NCBI GenBank assembly: GCA_019752595.1
Contig: JAIELV010000001.1
Location: 312,486 to 376,485 of the forward strand
DNA from: Patescibacteria group bacterium
GTDB taxonomy: Bacteria > Patescibacteriota > Minisyncoccia > Phycocordibacterales > Phycocordibacteraceae
Direction: 5' to 3'
DNA length: 64,000 bases
Made by a program: the position numbers and the translations under genes. This document shows positions 1-8,555 of the stretch, in pieces (position 1 is the stretch's first letter; every line of letters begins with the position of its first letter). The notes beneath the pieces were generated by a model. It had not been told where the DNA came from. It searched no databases and saw only the letters and a program-made list of their open reading frames with translations.

Positions 1-1
1 C

Positions 2-1204
2 GTAGCAGTCGTTCTTGGTGTTATTTTTTATCTTCAAAATTTTAATGCACAAGAAGTTGCATGTAATGCAATAGGCGAAGCGCGTGCCGAACTGCAGGCA
101 CAGTACGAAGCAGGGGTAAACGCAAGTGTGCAAGTTTTTGCCGAAGAAAAAGCAGTGACTGATGAACGCTTAAACCAGTGTTTGCATGCAAAACCAACCG
201 ACCCGTGTGCGGACGCGCAAAAAGCACGAGATGCAGCGGTAGAGAAGTACAACGGAATCGCATCGCCTGCAGATAACGCTCCGTACGCTGAATTTCAAAC
301 ATACTTCAACAAACGCGAAGACGCGTATCAAAACTACAAAAAAGCAAAAGATGCCCTCGACCAATGCAGGAGTGTGAATCCGCCGAAAGCCGAGGTCCCG
401 TACGAACAGTCAGACACCAAAGCATGTTTTGACGCGTACGATGCATCAGTTCAAGTAGCTCGAGACACATTCGATCGCGACACCCGTACCATGCGAACTG
501 CACTCACCTCTGCCCTTTCCGCTCTCGATGCACGTGAGAAAGCATGCAACCCTCCGAAAGGCAAAGAAAAATTTACGGATCCCCCGCCGACAGACGGTGG
601 TGAAGGACAGACAGACGGCCCTGTTCCAGTTGAGATTGCAAACTGCAAAATGATTAACGAAAGTCTTGATACAGAGCTTTTTATGCTTCGTAAAAGAGCT
701 GCCACCATTCCCGTGGAAATCCAAGGAGTTGAAGACAGTATAGAAAACATCCAGAAGCGTATGAGTCCACTACGACGCGACCTCGCGGACGTGGATACAT
801 ACATCCCACCAGAGAGCGCGAAGACGCAGTTTGAAGGTGCGTTGAATGCGCTCCGCGCTGAACGGAAAGTAGCTATCGAGGCTTCGCTTGATTTTTACAA
901 CAAATTGCTCGCTCGACGAGAAGCAGAAAAAACTGCGCTCCAGGAAGAACTTGCTGACGTAAATGCAAAAATTCAGGCACGCCTAGAGCAGATTAGAAAA
1001 GAAAATGAAGCTCGCCAGCGTGCATTCCCTACGTCTTTGCGCCTTGCAAAACCTGATGAATGCGAGTACTACCACTGCCACGGACTCTTGTGTGGAAAGC
1101 CCGACCCTGCGCCCAACAAGTGTGGTCATGGCTCTACGGAAGAAAGTGACATTGATTGCAAGAAATTCTTTGACTCGTACTTACAATCGGCGGGAGGAAA
1201 TTAG
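2..1204 (+). CDS. Secreted/membrane-anchored coiled-coil protein with Cys-rich C-terminus; 5' end runs off the window (frame open to position 2, N-terminal TM-like VAVVLGVIFYL)
   Basis: Open frame from the window edge. Long charged coiled-coil-like region and C-terminal CxxC-rich tail. No family recognised. Confidence 0.5.
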   Translation, partial: VAVVLGVIFYLQNFNAQEVACNAIGEARAELQAQYEAGVNASVQVFAEEKAVTDERLNQCLHAKPTDPCADAQKARDAAVEKYNGIASPADNAPYAEFQTYFNKREDAYQNYKKAKDALDQCRSVNPPKAEVPYEQSDTKACFDAYDASVQVARDTFDRDTRTMRTALTSALSALDAREKACNPPKGKEKFTDPPPTDGGEGQTDGPVPVEIANCKMINESLDTELFMLRKRAATIPVEIQGVEDSIENIQKRMSPLRRDLADVDTYIPPESAKTQFEGALNALRAERKVAIEASLDFYNKLLARREAEKTALQEELADVNAKIQARLEQIRKENEARQRAFPTSLRLAKPDECEYYHCHGLLCGKPDPAPNKCGHGSTEESDIDCKKFFDSYLQSAGGN

Positions 1205-1593
1205 CCAGTTTCCGATTTTTGGTCGACGAGTTTGAGGCGAGAAGCGACAAATTTCCGAATTAAGGGTAACGGCAGCGGCTCATCGTGTGGGAACTGAAAG
1301 GTACCCTTGCCTACTCGATATTTTGAAAGTAGTTTTTGTACCTCTGCGCTTCCCGCTGACGCAGGATACATGCCAATGCGTTTCTCAAACGCTGCAAAAT
1401 ACACCAGCCTTCCCGAAAGTTTGGTGCCGAATCTGTACGCAGGAATGTTGTAGTTTATAGTTTCTTCCGCTTTCGGCGCAACTTTCTTTATCAAGCTTCG
1501 AAGCGCGCGAAGTCGCGTCTGCACGTCTTTTGGAAATCCTTGAATGTATTCGCTAACCGTCTCTACTTTTCTGCCGTATCTATCATTTTTCAT
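1201..1593 (-). CDS. DUF1801 (YdhG-like) domain protein
   Basis: Start taken at the internal MKNDRYGRKV. Motifs ETVSEYIQGFPKDVQTRLRALRSLI...YNIPAYRF are typical of DUF1801. Confidence 0.55.
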   Translation of the reverse strand: MKNDRYGRKVETVSEYIQGFPKDVQTRLRALRSLIKKVAPKAEETINYNIPAYRFGTKLSGRLVYFAAFEKRIGMYPASAGSAEVQKLLSKYRVGKGTFQFPHDEPLPLPLIRKFVASRLKLVDQKSETG

Positions 1594-1612
1594 ATAGGCA
1601 GTGTAACGAATA

Positions 1613-1873
1613 TTACTCGCCAGGCAAAGGAATTCGTTTATACGAACCCCAGGACTTCGTCCACGCGTCGGTTTTCCATCGGAAAATAAAATGGACCGCA
1701 ATTGCTACTACCGTAAGAACAAAGAGTAATGCTCCTGCTCCGCCCCAACCGCTGAAAAAATACGTGACGGCAAAAATTACCGCCAACACGAGATATTTTT
1801 TTACTCGAAACTTCGCTGATTGCGCGTGCACCGCAACATGCAATTCCCTCTTCCAAAATTCCTTGAAAGTCAT
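1613..1873 (-). CDS. Small 2-TM membrane protein
   Basis: Start at the internal M (MTFKEFWK). Two hydrophobic helices. Confidence 0.35.
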   Translation of the reverse strand: MTFKEFWKRELHVAVHAQSAKFRVKKYLVLAVIFAVTYFFSGWGGAGALLFVLTVVAIAVHFIFRWKTDAWTKSWGSYKRIPLPGE

Positions 1874-2169
1874 TTGTCGTCTTTTTTTGGTGGTCCCCAC
1901 TGCCAGCGAGGTTTCTCGCCTTTTGCGTAGCAAATTCGTATGAGGGTAAACGTGAGTAGTGTAATCGGCAAAAGGAACGTAAACACAACTTCCCGTACGG
2001 GAGAACTTTCATCGATAGTAAATGCGAAGCATGAGACCGCTGCGATATACACCGCAATCACCGCCCACCCTTGCCACTTCACAGGAACCCAGCCCCAGCC
2101 GTAAAGCTTGGCTTTGAACCAGTACCCCTTTGGATTGTCTTTCAGGTACGCAATGTGTTCTTCAAACAT
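1870..2169 (-). CDS. Small membrane protein (W-rich, 2-3 TM)
   Basis: Hydrophobic helices and Trp-rich loops. No homolog recognised. Confidence 0.4.
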   Translation of the reverse strand: MFEEHIAYLKDNPKGYWFKAKLYGWGWVPVKWQGWAVIAVYIAAVSCFAFTIDESSPVREVVFTFLLPITLLTFTLIRICYAKGEKPRWQWGPPKKDDK

Positions 2170-2203
2170 CTATCAATTGTACCAAGAAGCACGCGAGCGC
2201 GGG

Positions 2204-2776
2204 TTAAATCGCCGCGCCGTCGCCAAGACCCATCTGCAGTTTGTACTGCTCAATGACTTCAGGATGTTTACCCTCCTTGCAGTCTGCGACAAACGCATGC
2301 GCGCTCGCACCGTCCGTGAATGTCATATAGGCTAGCGCGCCCTCGCATACAGCGTTTATGTTCAGTTTGCCTTGTACAGCGGGACCAGATTCGAGCATTT
2401 TCGTGACGGTAAAAATTCCTTTCATGTTGTAATTTGCCCACTGGTCGGTGCTCAGCGCTTCTTTAATCACTACAAAACCTTCTGCGGTTATGTGCTCACC
2501 ACTTTGGAACTGATTCATGGCATCGGCAGACGCACCAAAATTCACCGCATACCAATCGCCGTTATCGGTCTGAATACCGAATGCGCATTCCATAGTTTGC
2601 GGACCCGAAGTGTCCATATGCGGAAGACAGCCGTACGTGCCTGAAAGTGTAACGTTTTGCGGAGTGGCATCTAAATCCGTAACAGGTGCCTGCACAAACG
2701 TACCTGCAAATATAAAATATGCGCCGACAAGGACGGCAAGAATTCCTATAGGAATTAGTGTGTTTTTTAGAGTCAT
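2204..2776 (-). CDS. Secreted hypothetical protein (N-terminal signal anchor)
   Basis: N-terminal TM/signal LIPIGILAVLVGAYFIFAG, four Cys. Confidence 0.5.
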   Translation of the reverse strand: MTLKNTLIPIGILAVLVGAYFIFAGTFVQAPVTDLDATPQNVTLSGTYGCLPHMDTSGPQTMECAFGIQTDNGDWYAVNFGASADAMNQFQSGEHITAEGFVVIKEALSTDQWANYNMKGIFTVTKMLESGPAVQGKLNINAVCEGALAYMTFTDGASAHAFVADCKEGKHPEVIEQYKLQMGLGDGAAI

Positions 2777-2876
2777 ATATGCGAATACAACAAAAAATTA
2801 TTTTATATCGTCTAAGACGGGCTCTTGCTCAGTTTCTTACATTATCGGACGAAACCGAACATCCTTGAAGAGACCG

Positions 2877-3503
2877 CTAGCGTGTGCCCGTTTCTGTCAC
2901 TGCGCCAGCGGAACCATTCGTACCTGCACCTGCATCAGTCTTAGCTACAACTTCCACAGCCCAAATGAAGTCGCACAAATATGGAGGCTTGCAGGGGCCC
3001 GTGTATATTCCGCTCACCGTTGCTTCGGTAACATTATCTACGTCTTTGGTTACGATAGGTTGATTTGTTTTCATTGCAGTTGTTCCATTTTGCCCTTGCA
3101 TCAACTGCCACACCTTCAGGCGATACGTGACTGGCTCCTGAGGCTTCGGAACAACAGGGGTCCATCGAAACGTAACCGACTGTACTGCATCGAGTTTGAA
3201 TTCTTTTTGCGAGTCCGTCAAAACCTTTGCTTGATATATGGGTTCCGACTTCACAACTGTATCGCCCGCCGTGTATTCCTTTGTTGGAGTATATTCTTTT
3301 TTTCCTGCAGGTGCGGCATCCCCGTCATCATTCATGTTAAGTGCAGAATCAATGGTGTCGCTAAATTGCGCTTCCGTGGGCTTATCTCCAGTTTGAAAAA
3401 AATCTTTTAAGATAGTGCGCGGTAAAACTGCATACAGGGCTCCGCCTACAACTGCAACAATTAGAATAATAACTAACGGGGCAATTCCTCTAGTGGATTT
3501 CAT
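2877..3503 (-). CDS. Membrane-anchored extracellular hypothetical protein
   Basis: Signal anchor IAPLVIILIVAVVGGALYAV, then a Thr/Gly-rich tail. Confidence 0.5.
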   Translation of the reverse strand: MKSTRGIAPLVIILIVAVVGGALYAVLPRTILKDFFQTGDKPTEAQFSDTIDSALNMNDDGDAAPAGKKEYTPTKEYTAGDTVVKSEPIYQAKVLTDSQKEFKLDAVQSVTFRWTPVVPKPQEPVTYRLKVWQLMQGQNGTTAMKTNQPIVTKDVDNVTEATVSGIYTGPCKPPYLCDFIWAVEVVAKTDAGAGTNGSAGAVTETGTR

Positions 3504-3534
3504 CTATTCACTATAATACTAAAAAGGCGCACCC

Positions 3535-3789
3535 CTATGCCCTGTGCGGGCACCCCGCCCAACAACACGGACGGCGCATTCCCCCTTTCATTTTTGAAAG
3601 CGCCTTTTGAATACGGATATTCCTCGTCTCGGCTTTCTTGCCTGAAATCACCCAGCAAATCCACTCATTCCGCGCCAAAGGCGTGATGTCTTCCCAAAGC
3701 GTTTTCACTTTCGGCAAAGAAACGACCGCTTTCTCTAGATCGCTCGGTATTTTGTGTATCGTACCTGAAGATATGCCCCTTTTAACCAT
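3535..3789 (-). CDS. YdeI/OmpD-associated family protein
   Basis: C-terminal motif ARNEWICWVISGKKAETRNIRIQKALSKM matches the YdeI_or_OmpD family signature. Confidence 0.55.
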   Translation of the reverse strand: MVKRGISSGTIHKIPSDLEKAVVSLPKVKTLWEDITPLARNEWICWVISGKKAETRNIRIQKALSKMKGGMRRPCCWAGCPHRA

Positions 3790-3849
3790 AGAGATTTATT
3801 CTAGCAAATTGGATATGCTACCCCACTTGGTACAAATTCGGAATCTTTC

Positions 3850-4407
3850 TCAAAGATACGGCGTAATGTCTCTGAGAAATGTAGGAAAGTCTGAATACAC
3901 AAAACCCTTGAATCCAGCAACTTTAGCGACATCTATATTCTTTTGCCCGTCATCAATGAAAAGAATTTCCCTCGGTTGAACGCCGCAACGTCGGACTGCT
4001 TCCTCAAATATTTCCTTGCTTGGCTTAATGAGTTTTAAGTCCGACGAAATCAGAAGAGGATTGAAAAGAGAAAATTTATCCGCCGCAATTCGTTCAAGTA
4101 AAGAGCGCGGGATATTGGTCAGTAGTCCTATTGTATATTTTCCTTTTAGTTTCTCTTCAATAAAACTGAAAAGTTCAGTATTGCGAACGGGCGCTGCATC
4201 TACGGCTCTGCGTATTTCAGTCTCAGCGACTTCTGCGTGTTCAGCAAGCTGTCGCACGAGTTCATCTTCCGACAAATCCCCTGAGTCCAGAAGGTCTAAT
4301 TTTTTCATCCACTGAGGTCTTTCGGACTCCGAAATATACGTATCTATCACTTTCTTATAGACGGGCGTGGAGAGAACACCAAAAAAATCAAATAGAATGA
4401 CTTTCAT
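3850..4407 (-). CDS. HAD-superfamily hydrolase (subfamily IA-like)
   Basis: Motif I ILFDFFGVL (DxDGVL-like). Motif IV LFIDDGQKNI. Confidence 0.75.
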   Translation of the reverse strand: MKVILFDFFGVLSTPVYKKVIDTYISESERPQWMKKLDLLDSGDLSEDELVRQLAEHAEVAETEIRRAVDAAPVRNTELFSFIEEKLKGKYTIGLLTNIPRSLLERIAADKFSLFNPLLISSDLKLIKPSKEIFEEAVRRCGVQPREILFIDDGQKNIDVAKVAGFKGFVYSDFPTFLRDITPYL

Positions 4408-4458
4408 ACACTCAGTATAACCGAGCCGCTGGAGGAAGTTTTTTGAAAGTATTATTAA

Positions 4459-4848
4459 TTATTTGATGCGAACCAACTTCCCCTTTCGCTTCACGATGTT
4501 TTTGTAGTCCCACTGAATAAGCGTGGCCTTTTTAAGCCAACGCTTAACATCCTTTCCTACTACCTCTTTGGCATTCGTGTACATGATAGCGGAATCCTTG
4601 AACCTGCCTTTGCCAGGGGTCAGGTGAGGTTCGTCAAAACCTCTTCCGCTCCAAAACATGAGTTGCATTCCCGCTTTGAGTTTTGAATATCCGACAATAG
4701 GATTCCCGTCTAGAAACCACACAGGGTGGCGGTGCCATACTTTACTTTCTGCTTTTTTAAGACCTTTACTAATTTCCTTCATCAGAAGAACGGCAATTTT
4801 TTTGTCCTCTTTAGAAAGCTTTGAGTTGTAGAGAATTATGTCTTTCAT
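4459..4848 (-). CDS. DUF1801-like domain protein (second copy)
   Basis: HPVWFLDGNPIVGYSKLKAGMQLMFWSG resembles the DUF1801 core. Confidence 0.45.
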   Translation of the reverse strand: MKDIILYNSKLSKEDKKIAVLLMKEISKGLKKAESKVWHRHPVWFLDGNPIVGYSKLKAGMQLMFWSGRGFDEPHLTPGKGRFKDSAIMYTNAKEVVGKDVKRWLKKATLIQWDYKNIVKRKGKLVRIK

Positions 4849-4874
4849 ACAGGAACTATAGCAAGAATGCGGAC

Positions 4875-5180
4875 TTAGGCTTTTATAGAAATTGAGTAGT
4901 CGACGGTGTCTTCATGGTCAATTCCCTCCCTTCTTCGCACTTCTGCCTTCAACGGCAATAGATACGTTCCTGATTTCTTGTCGGGGAAAATTGAAGTTTT
5001 CCAAACCATTTTGCCAAGCTTGACCTCAACGGGGAGCGAGCCCCATCCGCGCGCTTTCTTTGCAAACGTTTCCTTTATTTCTTCCGAATGCTTTTTGGGA
5101 ATCGTCAGAAAATGCCACCCTGCCATGCCAGGGTATAACCACACTTTCGAACGAATCTTGTATTGCGTTTTTGCTTTCAC
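4875..5180 (-). CDS. DUF1905 domain protein
   Basis: GWHFLTIPKK...LPVEVKLG...KAEVRRREGI pattern typical of DUF1905. Confidence 0.6.
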   Translation of the reverse strand: MKAKTQYKIRSKVWLYPGMAGWHFLTIPKKHSEEIKETFAKKARGWGSLPVEVKLGKMVWKTSIFPDKKSGTYLLPLKAEVRRREGIDHEDTVDYSISIKA

Positions 5181-5222
5181 AGCACTATTCTTGGCTGCCC
5201 GTCTTTACGAGGTTTATCTTTT

Positions 5223-5558
5223 TTATATATCCCGAGTAGTTGCCCATTCCGTTAACTTCTCACGAAGCCCTTGCTCCATGGCTATTCTGTTGTCAGGAAA
5301 ATTCCGCTCCATTTCAATATGATTATTCCTTCCAAGAACAATATGCCCAAGGGCAAGTGCGTCTTCTAGTTTGGTGCCTGACTCCATTGCAAGGCTTATA
5401 TGGTAAAGCTCTCCAAGAATTATTCTACAGTCTCCTGTCACTAGAAACGCTAATTCGCGTCGTTTATCTTTTATTTCCCTTAGATTCGGTTTGCCCCACA
5501 CCTTTATTAGAAATATATCCTTAAGAGATGCTTTAAGAATTTTCGGCTCACCGTCCAT
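5223..5558 (-). CDS. Hypothetical protein
   Basis: 111-aa ORF with no recognised motif. Last gene of the minus-strand accessory cluster. Confidence 0.4.
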   Translation of the reverse strand: MDGEPKILKASLKDIFLIKVWGKPNLREIKDKRRELAFLVTGDCRIILGELYHISLAMESGTKLEDALALGHIVLGRNNHIEMERNFPDNRIAMEQGLREKLTEWATTRDI

Positions 5559-5736
5559 GTGCGTCAGTATACCTGTTGCCCGTTTGGTACCTGCCTACCG
5601 GCAGGCAGGCAGGCAGGCGAAGTTGGAACCTCAGGGTAAAGGGGGCTGACCCCATTTTCGGTCTTCTATACTTTGTATAATTCTGCGCTTGATTACCAAA
5701 TTTATTCTTATGCTGGTCTATTTTCATAAAGTGCTG

Positions 5737-5755
5737 GCTGGGGAGCAGGGATTCG
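5737..5755 (-). repeat. Direct duplicate of the 19-nt 3' end of tRNA-Gln (gctggggagcagggattcg)
   Basis: Identical 19-mer at 5737-5755 and 5915-5933; the latter is the tRNA T-loop/acceptor 3' half. Confidence 0.8.
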
Positions 5756-5915
5756 GTCACGAATCACTAAGTATTTTACTCCTAGTGCTCCTAAAATACT
5801 AAGTGTTCTCGACCCCGCCTCGCCTGCCTTTCGGCATGGCTCCGGCTTTCGAATCCTGACGGAAGCAAAACTATTTGCTTCCTCTCCCAGCAAAAAATCG
5901 CTCTACTATTTTTTG

Positions 5916-5986
5916 CTGGGGAGCAGGGATTCGAACCCCAATTAAAGGCTTCAAAGGCCTCTGTCCTACCATTAGACGACTCCCCA
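5916..5986 (-). tRNA. tRNA-Gln (anticodon UUG), no encoded CCA
   Basis: Read by eye: acceptor UGGGGAG/CUCCCCA, anticodon arm GAGGC-CUUUGAA-GCCUU, T-loop TTCGAAT, discriminator G. Confidence 0.8.
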
Positions 5987-6109
5987 ATTACGTGAGGTAA
6001 TGTAACACGAAATACGTTTTCCGTGTTCAAATGCGAACGACAACGCCACCCAAAAAAAATTCCTTTAATGTCAGCGCGGTAATATGCTGAAATTAGAAAC
6101 GCGGACGCA

Positions 6110-7051
6110 TCAACCCACCTCTTCCTGGCTCAAAAGATATTTCAAGCCGCCTACAACCGCGGCTATCTGAGCATCAATGCAGACCTCAGGGCTAACCCTT
6201 GGACTATCGGGATACACCTCTGTGGTTGTGGTATATGCAGCGTTTGAAAAGCCTGCACACAGCTTGAGTTTCTTCACAGGATAGTTGACCACTCCTTCTT
6301 GCTCGAGTGCGGTTCCGATAAGATGGCCATGTTCATCAGGTTGAGCAATGTGAGTTACCTCGTTCACCGACTCTATGATAGCCCTCTGAAAATCTGCTTG
6401 CGGATTTTCAGAATCGCCGACAGCATAAAATCCATCGGGGATCTCCGACCACTCTTCGGCGACTCCATCTCGGTCGGCTTTTGCCGGTCGGAAAATGGTG
6501 TTGTCGGTATCGGTCGTTTCGTGAAGGTCAAAATGCGCGAAGGGCTGAACTTCTTTCATCGCATCCAAGAAAAGCCTGCACTCCTCCACCGGACTTTCCT
6601 CAGTAAACCAACGATTCGGGTCAAACGCACGTGAATTCCAACGGTTAACCGTCTCGTACGCCCATGGACTGATGCACGGCACGCACACAATATTAAACTT
6701 ATCTTCAAACTGTGCAGCTGCGCGTTCCATAAAACCGAGTGCGCCTTGGACACCACTGGTTTCATAACCATGCACACCACCTGTGATTAAAACCGTTTTT
6801 TTGTCAGGAGAAAAATTCGGAGATGTTAATGCATAGAGGGGGTAACGCTCCGGATCTTGAGAGAGTGCTCCGTATTGCTGAACGTGGAACCTCTCACCAA
6901 GTTCTTTAATCTTACTGACGACTTCCTCGTCATAAGAGCGTTTGATAATTTGCTCTTTGGACCAGCGGTCGACGTCTTCCTCTCGCCACTTCCAATCTTC
7001 CATTCCAGTCAAATTGGATGCGGTGGCTTCCTTGGAAAATTGTGTTGCCAT
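6110..7051 (-). CDS. Zn-dependent carboxypeptidase-like protein (M14 / succinylglutamate desuccinylase-aspartoacylase family)
   Basis: HGYETSG and FDLHE zinc-ligand motifs. Confidence 0.65.
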   Translation of the reverse strand: MATQFSKEATASNLTGMEDWKWREEDVDRWSKEQIIKRSYDEEVVSKIKELGERFHVQQYGALSQDPERYPLYALTSPNFSPDKKTVLITGGVHGYETSGVQGALGFMERAAAQFEDKFNIVCVPCISPWAYETVNRWNSRAFDPNRWFTEESPVEECRLFLDAMKEVQPFAHFDLHETTDTDNTIFRPAKADRDGVAEEWSEIPDGFYAVGDSENPQADFQRAIIESVNEVTHIAQPDEHGHLIGTALEQEGVVNYPVKKLKLCAGFSNAAYTTTTEVYPDSPRVSPEVCIDAQIAAVVGGLKYLLSQEEVG

Positions 7052-7187
7052 ACTTACTCCAACCTACCATCTAGGCAGTTCTCAATCAAATTCCGTAATA
7101 TTGGACTTCACGGCTTTGAATTATCCGAATGCAACCAAAGCCAGCAATCGAACGCAAGACATCCCCAGCTCATCCGTCTATACTGGT

Positions 7188-8528
7188 ATGCATATGAGGC
7201 CGCTCCTTGCCATACTCCTGTTGGCACTATTCCCTTTTACATTCGCGTACGCTGAAACGCGTTCTATTTTGTTCCCCATCGACGGCGAATACAGTTTTCG
7301 AAACGACTTCTCCGAACCGCGGGACGGGGGTGCGCGCCAGCACTTAGGTATCGATATCATTGCAAGCAAAATGACTCCACTCGTTGCAGTTGCGGACGGC
7401 ACGATTACATTCATCGCAATCCCGCAGGCTTCGTGGGGCTACGCCATCACCCTTGAAGACGCAGATGGTTATTCCTACCGTTACCTGCACATCAACAACG
7501 ACACCCCTGGCACCGACGACGGTGTGGGGGGAACGCAATACGCATACGCGCCGAACCTCTACCGCGGAACGCGTGTGGTAAAAGGACAACTCTTAGGCTG
7601 GGTTGGAGATTCAGGAAATGCGGAATCCACAACGCCACACCTTCACTTTGAAATGCGCGATTCTTCGCGAACAGTATTCAATCCGTACGATTCTCTGTAC
7701 GCAGCTTCAGGCGGAATCACTTCAGGAAAATTTGAAGGTCTCACCACAAACCCCGGGCCCGAGGCAACACCCGAGGAAGAAGCCCAGTTCATTGCCACCC
7801 GCCAGCTACAGGAAGGACTGGTGGATAGACAGGTAGGTGAACTGCATACCAGACTCAAAATATTGAAATACTACACTGGCGAAATAACGGAAACGTATAC
7901 TGCAGCAACACGTGAAGCGGTTCGCAAATTCCAAAACACTGAAGGACTGGCGGCAACAGGTATTGCAGATTCTCTGACACAAAAACGCCTAGAAGAACGC
8001 GCGAAAGCAATCGCTCCTGTGCCCACACAGACCGCAACGAAAACAAGCACTGAGATGTCTCAAGGCTCATCAGGCGATGCAGTGAAAGCAGTTCAGGAAC
8101 AACTGATTGCGCTTGGCTACTTAAAATCAACTGCAACAGGATATTTCGGCCCTTTGACGCACGACGCCGTGATTGCGTTTCAAAAAGCAATGGGTATAGA
8201 CCCTATTGGCATCGTGGGACCAAAAACAAAAGCGGCACTTACAACCACTACTCCATCTACCGCTACTACCTCGGCAACTTCGGCTACGCCCGACCCGACA
8301 ACCGCGTCCACATTTACATTTACAAAACGACTTGAAGTCGGCGTTGCTAACAGCGAAGTAAAAGAGCTTCAGAAATTACTTTCAACTCTTGGATATTTTA
8401 AAGAAGAAGCCACAGGCTATTTCGGTAACATCACAAAAACAGCGGTGATTGCATTCCAGAAAGCAGAAGGTATAGAACCTTTAGGATTTGTGGGGCCCGC
8501 CACCCGCGCTGCCCTCAACGCAAAATAA
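7188..8528 (+). CDS. M23 family metallopeptidase with three C-terminal peptidoglycan-binding (PG_binding_1) repeats
   Basis: Start at MHMRPLL plus signal peptide. HLGIDII...PHLHFEM M23 motifs. Three GYFGPLT-DAVIAFQK repeats. Confidence 0.85.
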   Translation: MHMRPLLAILLLALFPFTFAYAETRSILFPIDGEYSFRNDFSEPRDGGARQHLGIDIIASKMTPLVAVADGTITFIAIPQASWGYAITLEDADGYSYRYLHINNDTPGTDDGVGGTQYAYAPNLYRGTRVVKGQLLGWVGDSGNAESTTPHLHFEMRDSSRTVFNPYDSLYAASGGITSGKFEGLTTNPGPEATPEEEAQFIATRQLQEGLVDRQVGELHTRLKILKYYTGEITETYTAATREAVRKFQNTEGLAATGIADSLTQKRLEERAKAIAPVPTQTATKTSTEMSQGSSGDAVKAVQEQLIALGYLKSTATGYFGPLTHDAVIAFQKAMGIDPIGIVGPKTKAALTTTTPSTATTSATSATPDPTTASTFTFTKRLEVGVANSEVKELQKLLSTLGYFKEEATGYFGNITKTAVIAFQKAEGIEPLGFVGPATRAALNAK

Positions 8529-8555
8529 AAAGTGCTATACTAAGTATAGCACTTT
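8529..8555. terminator. Perfect 12-bp-stem hairpin between convergent M23 peptidase and dnaX
   Basis: aaagtgctatac-taa-gtatagcacttt. Confidence 0.6.

Noticed and set aside
5581-5613. (GGCA)4 microsatellite plus short hairpin cctgcc-tacc-ggcagg
   Set aside because: Trivial simple repeat, too short to assign function.
5737-5915. tmRNA, SRP RNA, RNase P RNA or a tRNA with intron in the tRNA-Gln spacer
   Set aside because: The tRNA-like ends exist (shared 19-mer), but no tag reading frame, no conserved 4.5S/RNase P motifs, and no intact T-arm could be found by eye. I could not support any named ncRNA.
5548-6030. ORFs 5548-5760, 5708-5893 and 5791-6030 (minus) over the tRNA-Gln locus
   Set aside because: They are translations of the tRNA, its duplicated 3' end and the hairpin-rich spacer. 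5791-6030 even needs a TTG start.
6942-7187. 5' extension of the M23 peptidase ORF; likewise the extensions of dnaX (9589-9732), topA (18647-18703), csoR (39065-39112), DsbA (43410-43604) and the LAGLIDADG-side HNH ORF (57597-57728)
   Set aside because: The extensions overlap upstream genes, tRNAs or operator DNA and precede obvious signal-peptide or conserved N-terminal motifs. Internal starts were chosen instead.
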